Of a DNA stretch of 64,000 nucleotides, positions 41,143 to 50,693 are shown piece by piece. The notes under the pieces are model-generated. The model searched no databases, was not told the origin of the DNA, and worked only from the letters and a program-made list of their open reading frames with translations. Within the stretch, counting starts at the first letter, position 1; each line of letters begins with the position of its first letter. The stretch comes from an uncultured bacterium (GTDB lineage Bacteria > CSSED10-310), in the NCBI GenBank assembly GCA_964512995.1, contig CAZELM010000009.1, positions 21,510 through 85,509 on the forward strand, in the 5' to 3' direction. Made by a program: the position numbers and the translations under genes.

Positions 41143-43574
41143 TGAAACGAGTAACAGCCACGAAAATATTTTTCACCGCATTTTTCGGGACGCCGATTTC
41201 TGCAGGATGGATTCTGGGAACAGAACTGCACGGTTCTGGAAACCGCCGGAAAGCGATTCTTTTCCGGAGCTTTTCTATTGGCATAACCATGGGTTTGTTC
41301 ATTGCTTTGTTTCTGATTCCGGTCAACTGGAAAGTGAGTTCCGGGATTTGGGCAGGTTTTCTTGTTTTCAGCGCAATGATTCTCGCCATTTCTGTCCATT
41401 TTTTAAATCTGAATCATCCCAGACCCGAGCCGGCGGATGGATGGGCACGACGCAGTCTTCTGGCGATTCCGGTTCTGTTTGCTGTCATGATACCCATCGA
41501 TCTGTTCTGCCACATCGCATTGCATGTGATATTCAAGCCGATACTGATTCATCACCCGATTTTCATGCAGAATACGGATTATCTCGCCAAGTCGATACTG
41601 AGTGCATTTCTCACGAGCATCTGGGGTGTGGTGTTCTTAATTGTGTCATTTCGAATCGGTCGGCTGGTCTCATCCCATGATTTTTTAAAGGCCGTGATTG
41701 CCTGGATGTATGGGCTTTTTCTGAAAATGCTGCTGGCAAATTGGATGATTGAAATCCTGATCGCACAGCTCTATGGTGTTGACGCGCCGTTTTCCATTGC
41801 CGGTCTTTACGGCCTGTTGGCGGGGTTATTTTTCAGCATAGCGCTTCCTTTTATTGTTCTGGAACTGGCATGGGGACAGGAACCACTATGGCGGAGATTC
41901 CGTTCGGTAACCGGAACGTGCATCGCAGCCGCCATGTCCATGATCATCCTGTTCGGATTGACACCATGGATCGAATGTGCGGTGGGTAAGTCATTTGAGC
42001 GGAATGGTCGACCCAATCAGGCATTGACCTGGTATGGGAGAAGTCTGGTCAGGCGATCCAATCCGTATATAATCTCTTATCTTCAACACCGGATCGGATT
42101 GATCAATTATAAAAAAGGCAATATCGATAAAGCCATCACATCATTCAAGATGCTTCAGACGCTCCATGATGCCAATCATCAACTGGTCAAAGATGCCAAC
42201 ATATTCATGGATCGGCTGTCAGAAACCCGGCTTGGGGAACGTGTGGTTTTGCCGGGAGTCGAGAATGACATGGAGTATCAATCCGCTTACTGTGCTCCGA
42301 ATACTCTGGCACTGATTTTTAACTTCTGGGGGAAAACCATGACAGTATCCGATATCGGTGAGGATATCGCCTTGCATCTGGCTGGAACCCGATTGACCGA
42401 TATTGTACATTTCTGCTGTAAGAATGGTTTGGAGCATCTTTTCATACCGTTCATGACGATGGATGACATCAGATTCATCATCGATCAGGGTGTTCCATTT
42501 ATTGCATATCTTCCGGGACATGTCCTGGCGGTTTTCGGGTATGATGACCGGCTCAATACGCTCATTGTCTTCGATACCGCGACGTGGGACGTGTGGGTTG
42601 ATCATCCCATGATGGAGTTTTTTGAAATCTGGAGTTACACCAACTATACCGGAGCAGTTATTTTGGATGCGGAAGAAAAGGAGCGGACAGCGGCGATACG
42701 CTCTCGATTTGACACGCCTCCAGCAGAATCCGCCTGGTATTACCAGCAGGCTATGGAATCAACGAATAATCTGGATAAAACAGATTGTCTCAGAAATGCC
42801 ATTCAAACAAACCCCCTGAATATTCCGGCATTGATCGAGGTTGACCTCTCCTTCCCTTCCATGAGATCGATGGTGGATCTGCCTTCACAAATCGACAAAC
42901 TTATCCCAATGATCAAATCCATTATCCATAGATCCTATTTCGCAAATTGGGATCTTCTCGCTGGATTCTCCAGCATGCTTCTGAATAACGGCAAATTTTC
43001 CGAGATGCGTGATCTGTACCAGGATATCAAAACACTCAATATTGATATTTCAGACCATGAAACGAGAGTATTACTGGACAGCATCGAAACAATGGCAGGT
43101 ATTGCAGCCTGGAAAACGGGAGACTCTCTGCAGGCGCAACAATACATCGGATCGAAACAGAAGCGGCTCAAGGGCAGGGAGTGGTATGCGCTGGGAATCA
43201 TTCAGCAGGAATCCGGGTTGATCGAAGATGCAAAAAATTCATTCGGCTATGCGATCAAATCAAAAGATGGCGACATCGCCTCCATGTCAGTGAACCGGCT
43301 GGAGGCATTGACGGATGCAGATGAGCCGGCATTTTTAATTGAGTTATACCGGGCGTATCTCTTGCTTTGGCCGTATGATGCTCAGCGCTGGATTCGCTTG
43401 GGCGATCTGTGTCTGGATGCTCTGGAAAAAAGCGGGAAATCCGAAGAAGAGCGATTGGTACAGGCTCGGCAAGCATACTCGCTCGCTCGCGGACTGACAC
43501 AGGATCCCGATGCCAGGCAGCACTGCCGTACACAACTCGAAAAAATCAAAACATTTGGTTCATCGAACCTTTGA
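41139..43574 (+). CDS. Polytopic membrane protein with TPRs and C39-like peptidase domain
   Basis: About 7 TM segments; TPRs; QSAYCAPNTLA, QGVPFI, GHVLAVFGYDD, VFDT (Cys-His-Asp); C-terminal TPRs; ATGA overlap with the upstream paralog. Confidence 0.7.
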   Translation: MMKRVTATKIFFTAFFGTPISAGWILGTELHGSGNRRKAILFRSFSIGITMGLFIALFLIPVNWKVSSGIWAGFLVFSAMILAISVHFLNLNHPRPEPADGWARRSLLAIPVLFAVMIPIDLFCHIALHVIFKPILIHHPIFMQNTDYLAKSILSAFLTSIWGVVFLIVSFRIGRLVSSHDFLKAVIAWMYGLFLKMLLANWMIEILIAQLYGVDAPFSIAGLYGLLAGLFFSIALPFIVLELAWGQEPLWRRFRSVTGTCIAAAMSMIILFGLTPWIECAVGKSFERNGRPNQALTWYGRSLVRRSNPYIISYLQHRIGLINYKKGNIDKAITSFKMLQTLHDANHQLVKDANIFMDRLSETRLGERVVLPGVENDMEYQSAYCAPNTLALIFNFWGKTMTVSDIGEDIALHLAGTRLTDIVHFCCKNGLEHLFIPFMTMDDIRFIIDQGVPFIAYLPGHVLAVFGYDDRLNTLIVFDTATWDVWVDHPMMEFFEIWSYTNYTGAVILDAEEKERTAAIRSRFDTPPAESAWYYQQAMESTNNLDKTDCLRNAIQTNPLNIPALIEVDLSFPSMRSMVDLPSQIDKLIPMIKSIIHRSYFANWDLLAGFSSMLLNNGKFSEMRDLYQDIKTLNIDISDHETRVLLDSIETMAGIAAWKTGDSLQAQQYIGSKQKRLKGREWYALGIIQQESGLIEDAKNSFGYAIKSKDGDIASMSVNRLEALTDADEPAFLIELYRAYLLLWPYDAQRWIRLGDLCLDALEKSGKSEEERLVQARQAYSLARGLTQDPDARQHCRTQLEKIKTFGSSNL

Positions 43575-43763
43575 CGGCTTTCAAAAGCTTGTCGGATTTC
43601 TCTGCCTCAATCTATCCTGATCATCATTCCCACGAAAGTGAGACTCTCATCCCTTCGCCGTCATTGCGAACCGTTCTCACATCCGCGAAACAGTGGCATT
43701 GACATGTTTCCCTCACTCGCCGGCCGTGTTGTGACGGATTGGTCCCTGCTGGATGAGCCGGAG

Positions 43764-43856
43764 ACCCTCTCCCTGCCGCTGTGCTGGGAGAGGGTAAAAA
43801 AGGAACATCCATATATGCCCCTCTCCATTCATGGAGAGGGATTCGGGGTGAGGTCA
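43764..43856. repeat. Pair of REP-like palindromes between convergent genes
   Basis: ACCCTCTCCC-N12-GGGAGAGGGT and CCCCTCTCCAT-TC-ATGGAGAGGGG-ATTCGGGGTGAGG. Confidence 0.7.
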
Positions 43857-43875
43857 AAATACAGAACGACAATAT

Positions 43876-45336
43876 TTAAACCAATGCTTTCAAAATCGCT
43901 GTGAGCAACTCGTACGTTTTCGGCACGGATGGATGGTTCAGTTCTTCGGCTGGGGAGTGGACATTGTGCATCTCCGGTCCTATGGAAAGCATATCCACGC
44001 CGGGTAATTTCTCGCTGAACAATCCACACTCGAGCCCCGCATGAATGGCTTTCACTTCCGGTACCCGATGATGCATATCTTCAAACACCTTCATGGCCGT
44101 TTTCAGCAGCGGTGAGTTCATGTCCGGTTTCCATCCCGGGTATCCGCGGGGTTCTTCCACATCCGCCCCAACCAGATCGGCAACCGCCCGAATCTGTCTC
44201 TTGACGGCCATCAACTGGGAGGTCACTGCCGACCGCGTCAACAATGTTGTTTTGAAGAGGTCTTCCTCCGTGCTCATCACGCCGACATTGGTCGATGTTT
44301 CCACCAAGCCCGGCACTTCCGGACTCATCGCGATCACACCATGGGGTAATGCCATCAACAGATTGATGATTTTACCGGAATCCGGGATGGTGACCGGTTT
44401 TAAACTCCCTGTCGTGGTATTCTCCTGAGTGATCTCGAACGTGAATCCCGGATCGGTCTTCGCCAGTTCAGCACTGATCAGGTCGGCAATATTCGCCAAT
44501 GAAGCCTGGAATGCCGCCAGCTTTTCCTGCGGGACAATGACGGTTGCTTTTGCAGCATCCGCGATCGAATTCCGTTTGTTACCGCCTTCCAGAGCGACCA
44601 ATCGGAACGACGTCACATCCCAGCCTGCTGCCAGGCATCGAGCCATGATCTTGTTGCCGGAACCCCGTCCAAGATTAATGTCCACTCCGGAATGACCCCC
44701 TTTAAGTCCACCGGCTTTTATTGTCAGCACCGTACCTGATACCGGTCCGGTCTCCCGCTGCAACGGCAGCTTGATAATGGAATCTCCCCCACCCGCACAG
44801 GAGATGTAATATTGCCCGAATTCTTCGGTATCCAGATTGATCAGCATCCGGCCTTTGACGAAATCGGCTTTGAGCCCGTGTGCGCCGTCCATCCCTGATT
44901 CTTCGTTGACCGTAAAAAGCAACTCCAGTGGGCCATGTTCCAGGGATTTGTCTTCCATGATCCCCAGCATGATCGCTCCGCCGATCCCATTGTCCGCTCC
45001 CAGAGTCGTTCCACGAGCGCGAACAAAATCGCCGTCGATGTAAGGTTGAATCGGATCTTTGGTGAAATCATGTGTCACGCCGGGGGCGGCCACGGGAACC
45101 ATATCCAGATGACCCTGCAGGACGACGATCGGTGCATGTTCATGACCGGGAGTTGCGGGAACGGTAACCAGCACATTTCCCACCTCATCCCGGCGTACGG
45201 CAAACCCCAGTTTCTCCGCTTCTTCTATGACATACGCCGCAATCTGCTCCTCATGGAGTGACGGATGCGGAATGTTGCACATATTTTCAAAATGTTTCCA
45301 GACGTGTTTTGGATTCAGTTCAGAAAGAACACCCAT
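43876..45336 (-). CDS. pepD: Aminoacyl-histidine dipeptidase (M20C)
   Basis: LQGHLDMV, TTLGADNGIG, NEESGM, NLDTEE, GGHSG, IHAGLECG, HSPAE. Confidence 0.93.
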   Translation of the reverse strand: MGVLSELNPKHVWKHFENMCNIPHPSLHEEQIAAYVIEEAEKLGFAVRRDEVGNVLVTVPATPGHEHAPIVVLQGHLDMVPVAAPGVTHDFTKDPIQPYIDGDFVRARGTTLGADNGIGGAIMLGIMEDKSLEHGPLELLFTVNEESGMDGAHGLKADFVKGRMLINLDTEEFGQYYISCAGGGDSIIKLPLQRETGPVSGTVLTIKAGGLKGGHSGVDINLGRGSGNKIMARCLAAGWDVTSFRLVALEGGNKRNSIADAAKATVIVPQEKLAAFQASLANIADLISAELAKTDPGFTFEITQENTTTGSLKPVTIPDSGKIINLLMALPHGVIAMSPEVPGLVETSTNVGVMSTEEDLFKTTLLTRSAVTSQLMAVKRQIRAVADLVGADVEEPRGYPGWKPDMNSPLLKTAMKVFEDMHHRVPEVKAIHAGLECGLFSEKLPGVDMLSIGPEMHNVHSPAEELNHPSVPKTYELLTAILKALV

Positions 45337-45428
45337 TTCATGCCTCCTTTAAAAAATTTCGATAGTTATGGTCAAGGATATTCCCTTACCTGATCAGTCG
45401 TTACCTTATTGTCTGTCCGGATCGCAAG

Positions 45429-45986
45429 TCAACCCGTCATGATAAACTCCGCCAGAATGTCGACGTATTTCGGAGATATCAGCCGGTAATGGGGATCATA
45501 CGCCTCCCGGTACTCATCCGAATGATGGACAGCCGGGAATCGCATCACTTGAAGGTGACGCAAAAATTCGGAAATCGTATGAGTATCAAACCAGAATGGG
45601 CTGTTTCCCAACAAATCGCAGAAAATGCTGATCACCCGGGGGAAATCGATCTCCGGATCCCTGCGTTGTTCATGACAGCTTCGCAGGCAGATTTCCGAAA
45701 TGCGATCCGGGGGGATTCCTGCTGATTTGCATCGTTTCAGGTGCAGCCGGCCGATGGGATCGATCAGCGTAATGGGATAGAATAGCGGGAGTGACCCATC
45801 CGGGGCAATCGCGTCATATTCCTCTTTCAGATATCTCCGGAATGAGCGATCGTCTGCAACAAGATGCTCCATCCCGAACACCGATTGATACACGAGTTTA
45901 TAATAGTCCTGCAAGTGAGCGAGCGGATACCGGGATTGTTCTGATTCGAGCAGACGCATCAGATGCCGGCGAAGCGTGTCAGTCAT
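45429..45986 (-). CDS. Conserved hypothetical protein
   Basis: QDYYKLVYQSVFG.EH and HHSDEYREAY.PHYR motifs; start overlaps the sulfatase-like stop. Confidence 0.65.
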   Translation of the reverse strand: MTDTLRRHLMRLLESEQSRYPLAHLQDYYKLVYQSVFGMEHLVADDRSFRRYLKEEYDAIAPDGSLPLFYPITLIDPIGRLHLKRCKSAGIPPDRISEICLRSCHEQRRDPEIDFPRVISIFCDLLGNSPFWFDTHTISEFLRHLQVMRFPAVHHSDEYREAYDPHYRLISPKYVDILAEFIMTG

Positions 45987-48195
45987 GATTCGTTCCTCCA
46001 GAGCGGGCTTGATCGATCTCGATGCCATCCACTTCGATCGTCCCATTTCCAGAATAGTACACGCGGAACTCCAGCCCGTCTTCGCCATCACTGGAAAAAT
46101 TCAGATGATAATCTGCGAATCCGGGATCTGCGCTTTGGGAGGAGTCTCCGGATATGGAAACTCCTGGATGAAGTATCACGTCTCCCCTGTTCTGCACGAT
46201 ATCGATCCATGCGATTTGTCCGCTGTCCGTCCGATGGGTTCTGATCCGGAATCGGCACGTATATTCTCCCGTCGGCAGGGACAGGTAAGGTCCGAAAATC
46301 AGGTAATTCCGTTCATCGCCAGGAGCTGCGACCACCGTCTCCCCACGGGATGCAAGCGGATTCGTCTGAACTCTGCCGGTGTTCCTCGGCAGGTCTTCGG
46401 CTTCAATCCACAACGGCAGCCGGATGGGCGGATCGATCGGGGGAGTAACCGCACGATGGAATCGTCTCGGAACGGAAAACGGAGTGGTGTTCTCGTCGGG
46501 AAAGACGGCGGCGACCGACCATTCGTAGATACCCGGATCGATCCGGCTCCACTTATCTTCGGGGAGCAGTGCGTCGAGATCACTTAGCACGGTGTCAAAC
46601 TCCGCAGGATGGTCCTGGGCGGAGTAACTGGGAGAGAGCCGGACGCGGTACCCGGCCGCTCCCGGAACATCTTCCCAATCAAATCGCAGCAGTTGTCGGC
46701 TGTGAATGCCGTCGGGTGGAGATAGCAGGATGGGAGCGGCTGAACATGGAAGGGTCTGCGCCACCGGTTCTGAGCTGGAAGCTGGACTGGATGTTTCGGG
46801 GGGAGCGATATCCGACAGACCGTTCTGCAGATATCCCAGTGCCTGCAACATATCGGTCTGCTCCCGGGAAATGTCACCGGGTCTGGTGGATGGTTCATCC
46901 AGAGCCAGAAACATCTGGGCCATATCGAGAATCCCGGCGAACTCCGGTTCGGAATCCAATGGCCGGGGGTGGTGTTCGGCCGGATCCCGGTCGAGGTCGT
47001 AGGATTCGACCGGCGAGCGGCTCCACCAGACATGATCCATCACCGGTGAGAGAACCACTTTTTTATTGCGGGAGATGCCGGTTCGTTGCCGATGTGCCGG
47101 GATGATTTCATTGGGTCCGATCTCCGACACGGAGATGCTGGCGTTGGGTTCGATGAATCCGTGACCGTCGAACAGAGTGGCACCGTCAAACAGGAGATTA
47201 TTGGGGATACGGAGCACATTGAGCAGCGTTGCCGGGATATCGACCAACCGGGCGGTTCCCGAAAGCAACTTGCCGGCTGGCGTTCCGGGTATATGAAAAA
47301 TCAGCGGAACACGGATGGTCGATTCAGATAGACGCCAGGAGTGGTCAAAAAATAAATCCTGTTCTCCGAAACATTCACCGTGATCGGAGGTGAGCACGAT
47401 CAAGCTCTCGTGAAGGGTGTTCTGGAGTTCCGGGTGGCAGAAGAGCCGCTGAAGTTGCATATCGACCGATGCGATTTCGCCGGCATACATCGATCGGTAA
47501 TGATTGAGATCAGTGCTGGGATGATCGCCCACGATGGAGGGGATGGACCCCCGGTCGATATTGGTGAGAAACCGTTCGGGAGGTGCCGGTCCGAACTGAT
47601 CAAACGGAACGGGTGGTGTGTACGGTGCATGGGGATCGAACAGGTGGATCCAGACAAATATGGGGGACTGGCGAGGTGTTGTCAGCCATGGAATCGCCTG
47701 GGCGATGGTCTCCGATGCGGATCGCTGCCATTTGAATCCGGTGTCGTTGACGGTGTCGAATCCCTGGCTCAATCCGGATGTGGAGGCGAGACCTTCGAGG
47801 CTGAGAAATGCGGCGGTTTCATAGCCATTGGATTGGAGAAATGTGGAGATGGTGATGCATGGATTGGGTTTGAAATGGTATCCGGCATTGGCACGAAGTC
47901 CATGGTGAACGGGGTAGACACCGGAGAGCATTGATGCGTGGGAGGGAAACGTGGTGGGAATGGCGGAGTAGGCCGTGATGTAGGCGTTGCCGGTCCGTGC
48001 GAGGCGATCGATCGTTGGTGTATGGGAATGAAACGCTCCATACGCACCAACCGCGTCCCAGCGGAGTGTATCGATGGTGATCAGGAGGATGTTTCTGGGT
48101 GGATCGGGTGATTGGCAGCTCCACAATCCAAACAGGAATCCGATGAGGAGGATACCCTTTTTTATAGGTCTGATGGATCGTCTGATGTGTGACAT
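45979..48195 (-). CDS. Alkaline-phosphatase-superfamily (sulfatase-like) lipoprotein with C-terminal beta-sandwich domains
   Basis: LWSC lipobox; LITIDTLRWD, PTTFPSHASMLSG, WIHLFDPHAPY, TSDHGE, VPLIF; C-terminal Fn3-like and CBM-like segments. Confidence 0.8.
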   Translation of the reverse strand: MSHIRRSIRPIKKGILLIGFLFGLWSCQSPDPPRNILLITIDTLRWDAVGAYGAFHSHTPTIDRLARTGNAYITAYSAIPTTFPSHASMLSGVYPVHHGLRANAGYHFKPNPCITISTFLQSNGYETAAFLSLEGLASTSGLSQGFDTVNDTGFKWQRSASETIAQAIPWLTTPRQSPIFVWIHLFDPHAPYTPPVPFDQFGPAPPERFLTNIDRGSIPSIVGDHPSTDLNHYRSMYAGEIASVDMQLQRLFCHPELQNTLHESLIVLTSDHGECFGEQDLFFDHSWRLSESTIRVPLIFHIPGTPAGKLLSGTARLVDIPATLLNVLRIPNNLLFDGATLFDGHGFIEPNASISVSEIGPNEIIPAHRQRTGISRNKKVVLSPVMDHVWWSRSPVESYDLDRDPAEHHPRPLDSEPEFAGILDMAQMFLALDEPSTRPGDISREQTDMLQALGYLQNGLSDIAPPETSSPASSSEPVAQTLPCSAAPILLSPPDGIHSRQLLRFDWEDVPGAAGYRVRLSPSYSAQDHPAEFDTVLSDLDALLPEDKWSRIDPGIYEWSVAAVFPDENTTPFSVPRRFHRAVTPPIDPPIRLPLWIEAEDLPRNTGRVQTNPLASRGETVVAAPGDERNYLIFGPYLSLPTGEYTCRFRIRTHRTDSGQIAWIDIVQNRGDVILHPGVSISGDSSQSADPGFADYHLNFSSDGEDGLEFRVYYSGNGTIEVDGIEIDQARSGGTNHD

Positions 48196-48271
48196 GGCAA
48201 TGGCCTGTGGGAGATCATAGTGATCCTTTAAATTTTAAGAGGGATGCGGTGTGCTCGAAAAAAAAGCGAGG

Positions 48272-48641
48272 TCATGAATCAATGTTTTGATTTGGTTGAG
48301 CGATCTGGCTGAATCCACAGCAGAAAAATGCCTGTGTTTCCGATTGGGCTGACGAAATCTCCATTACTTTGTCGAGGCGTCGTATGACATTTTCAGTGCG
48401 TGTGTTTCTTAACCGAAATACGATGACATCGGTTGCCTTTAGAAAGCGCAGTGATTTCGGCGAAATCCAGGTCGAATGTCAACACAATTCGATCCTCTTG
48501 GACCGCTTTCTGAAAAATCAATCCATTCGGTAATCGATGCAATTTTTCATCCCGAAGATGCACCGAATCATGTCCTTTGCTCCGAAGCCATTCAACCACC
48601 CGATTGGAGACACCCATATCAGCCAAGAAACGCATTTTCAC
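48272..48641 (-). pseudogene. DUF5615/PIN-like toxin, frameshifted near 48435
   Basis: MRFLADMGVS...RIVLTFDLDFAEI, then the continuation DVIVFRLRNTRTENVIRRL is in another frame. Confidence 0.75.
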
Positions 48642-48859
48642 GAATACATCACGATTTGCTCTTGAGTAGGCCATGCAGCATATCGAAGAGCCTGTTGAAT
48701 GTCTTCTGGTTCCAGGTCGGGGTAATCGTCGAGTATCTCATCAAAACTTGCTCCATAAGCGATTTGTCCGACTATCACCGATACAGGAATCCGCATTCCA
48801 CGGATACACACTCGTCCACCCATAATCTCCTGATCAAAGGTGATACGACTAAATTTCAT
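48638..48859 (-). CDS. DUF433 antitoxin-like protein
   Basis: RITFDQEIMGGRVCIRGMRIPV...DYPDLEPEDI..AL.YA. Confidence 0.9.
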   Translation of the reverse strand: MKFSRITFDQEIMGGRVCIRGMRIPVSVIVGQIAYGASFDEILDDYPDLEPEDIQQALRYAAWPTQEQIVMYS

Positions 48860-49043
48860 ATCATCCTTCATACTCAAACTCATCTTTTCCCTTCTGAATT
48901 CAATTTTTAAATATTGCCATCATTCTTGGATCTTCCATTGATGGTTGATTCTATCAACTCCATTTTATTATACCATGATCAGATCTGTTGATCATGTGCT
49001 TAAAATAAATCGTACTATCATCGTACCGGTTTCACATTGAGGT

Positions 49044-49424
49044 TTATAAGAAGTGATCAGTGCACAAATGTGATCCCAAGACAAGCAGACCAATGATGGC
49101 TGCTCCGATGGCAGAAATCAGCACGGCTCCCGCTGCGACATCCTTGGCGTTCTTCACCAATGGATGAAACTCCGGCGAAGCCACATCCGCTAAAAACTCG
49201 AATGCGGTATTGAGTGCTTCCGCCGTCCAGACTGCCATGATCGCAAGTACCAGGCAGCACCATTCGAATGCGGAAATGCCGAGAAAGAACCCGGCGCTGA
49301 TTACAACAACAGAAGCTGCAGCATGAATCCAGGCATTGTGCTGGGACTTCAGCATAATCCAGAGACCGTTGAACGCAAATGCGAAGCTTCTGATCCGACT
49401 GGTGACCTGAAATGGTTTTGTCAT
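49044..49424 (-). CDS. dgkA: Diacylglycerol/undecaprenol kinase (DgkA family)
   Basis: NAWIH, EALNTAFE..D, AKDVAAGAVL; three TM helices. Confidence 0.9.
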   Translation of the reverse strand: MTKPFQVTSRIRSFAFAFNGLWIMLKSQHNAWIHAAASVVVISAGFFLGISAFEWCCLVLAIMAVWTAEALNTAFEFLADVASPEFHPLVKNAKDVAAGAVLISAIGAAIIGLLVLGSHLCTDHFL

Positions 49425-49426
49425 TG

Positions 49427-49913
49427 TTATTCTTCCGCAAAGTAATCGGTGTCTATTTTTTTGATTTCATACCGATTGATCACAGAAACACCGACATCGT
49501 GATCAATCATGATCTGAGCCAGTGTATCACCATCGATGAGCGCTATTTTCATGTCGATCCGAGACACATAGTCCAGAGCTTCCCGTGAGAAATCGGACGT
49601 TGTTATGAAAAGTCCTTTCTTCGCCCGTTGCCCGGTGAGTGCTCCGACAAACTTCTGAATTTCCGGCCGTCCGATTGTGTTTTCCCATCGTTTGGCCTGG
49701 ATGAAGATAATATCGAGCCCCAGCTTGTCTTCCTTGATCACACCATCGATTCCACCATCGCCACTGCGGCCGATCGCTTTTCCGGCATCGATTCTGCTTC
49801 CGCTTGAAATATTCGGCCAGTCTGTGAATTGTTTCGCCGATGGAGTGCTCTTTTCCATCACCGCAGTCGCGAAGCAATGGGAGCATGATTGTCTGGAAAT
49901 CAGGAATTGGCAT
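49427..49913 (-). pseudogene. mrr: Mrr restriction endonuclease with large internal deletion and frameshift
   Basis: Mrr N-terminus MPIPDFQTIMLPLL...DGKEH (37 codons) joined out of frame near 49804 to the catalytic domain GSRIDAG..GRSGDGGIDGVIKEDKLGLD.IFIQAKRW. Confidence 0.85.
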
Positions 49914-50178
49914 GGGTGATCCTCCTTGAATTCAACGGTATCGTATCACGGGGTGAGCAATGGGTTCCAGTGGAAATCCGGTCTGCGTTTATGAGTATGA
50001 GCCATCGACCTTTGGTGCCGCTCCAATTACGATTAAACGATTGTTTATGGAATCAATTGTTTCAACATGGATGTCATACGCTCCAGTTCACGATCAGAAT
50101 GGAATCATCCGAAATTTTACTCAATTTGCGAGCGAAGAGGCACTAAGCGCTGACGTAGAGTCAGGTTGAGCGATGTGC

Positions 50179-50568
50179 TTAGATCGCATTTTTAAAGCGC
50201 TTGCGAAACAAGAACCAACATACCGCCTCTCCCATAAGTGCGCCTACGCCAACAGCAAAGAATAACACTGAATAAGGAGCAACATCACCACTGGAGATAG
50301 CCATGACAACTGCGCTCAATCCTGACACAGAAAACCAGAGTGAAGTAAGACCAAAGAACCGCATAGCCCAGAGAATTGGTTTTGGTTCACGACGAAAAAG
50401 TTGGATGCCAAGGACATACAACATTCCGAATAAGCTCCCCAAAAAGAAAAACGGGATATCTGTCCATTCAATTGTCGGCTGTGCGGAAGCAGCGGCTTCC
50501 AACACCCCTGGACCTGAAAACAGACCCACGATCACAACCCCAATTATGGTCCAGTGCCAAAGTTTCAT
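50179..50568 (-). CDS. Hypothetical membrane protein (4 TM)
   Basis: 129 aa, mostly hydrophobic segments; ATG overlaps the stop of the truncated mazF. Confidence 0.6.
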   Translation of the reverse strand: MKLWHWTIIGVVIVGLFSGPGVLEAAASAQPTIEWTDIPFFFLGSLFGMLYVLGIQLFRREPKPILWAMRFFGLTSLWFSVSGLSAVVMAISSGDVAPYSVLFFAVGVGALMGEAVCWFLFRKRFKNAI

Positions 50569-50693
50569 TTATAGGATGATGGAGAAATGATGGCTGCTGG
50601 TCTTCGACCGGATTGTTCATGTCCAATCCGCGGATTCAGAGTAATCCAGACGATGTCACCCCGTTCCGGAACATATTCGTCTGATTTTACCAT
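50565..50693 (-). pseudogene. mazF: Truncated MazF/PemK toxin (first 42 codons only; not in the ORF track)
   Basis: MVKSDEYVPERGDIVWITLNPRIGHEQSGRRPAAIISPSSYK*; starts overlapping the mazE stop. Confidence 0.85.

Noticed and set aside
43645-43700. CGTCATTGCGA start of another palindromic element
   Set aside because: Matching second arm is not present
50544-50567. Possible TGA readthrough or selenocysteine in mazF
   Set aside because: In-frame continuation is NFGTGP* with no MazF similarity
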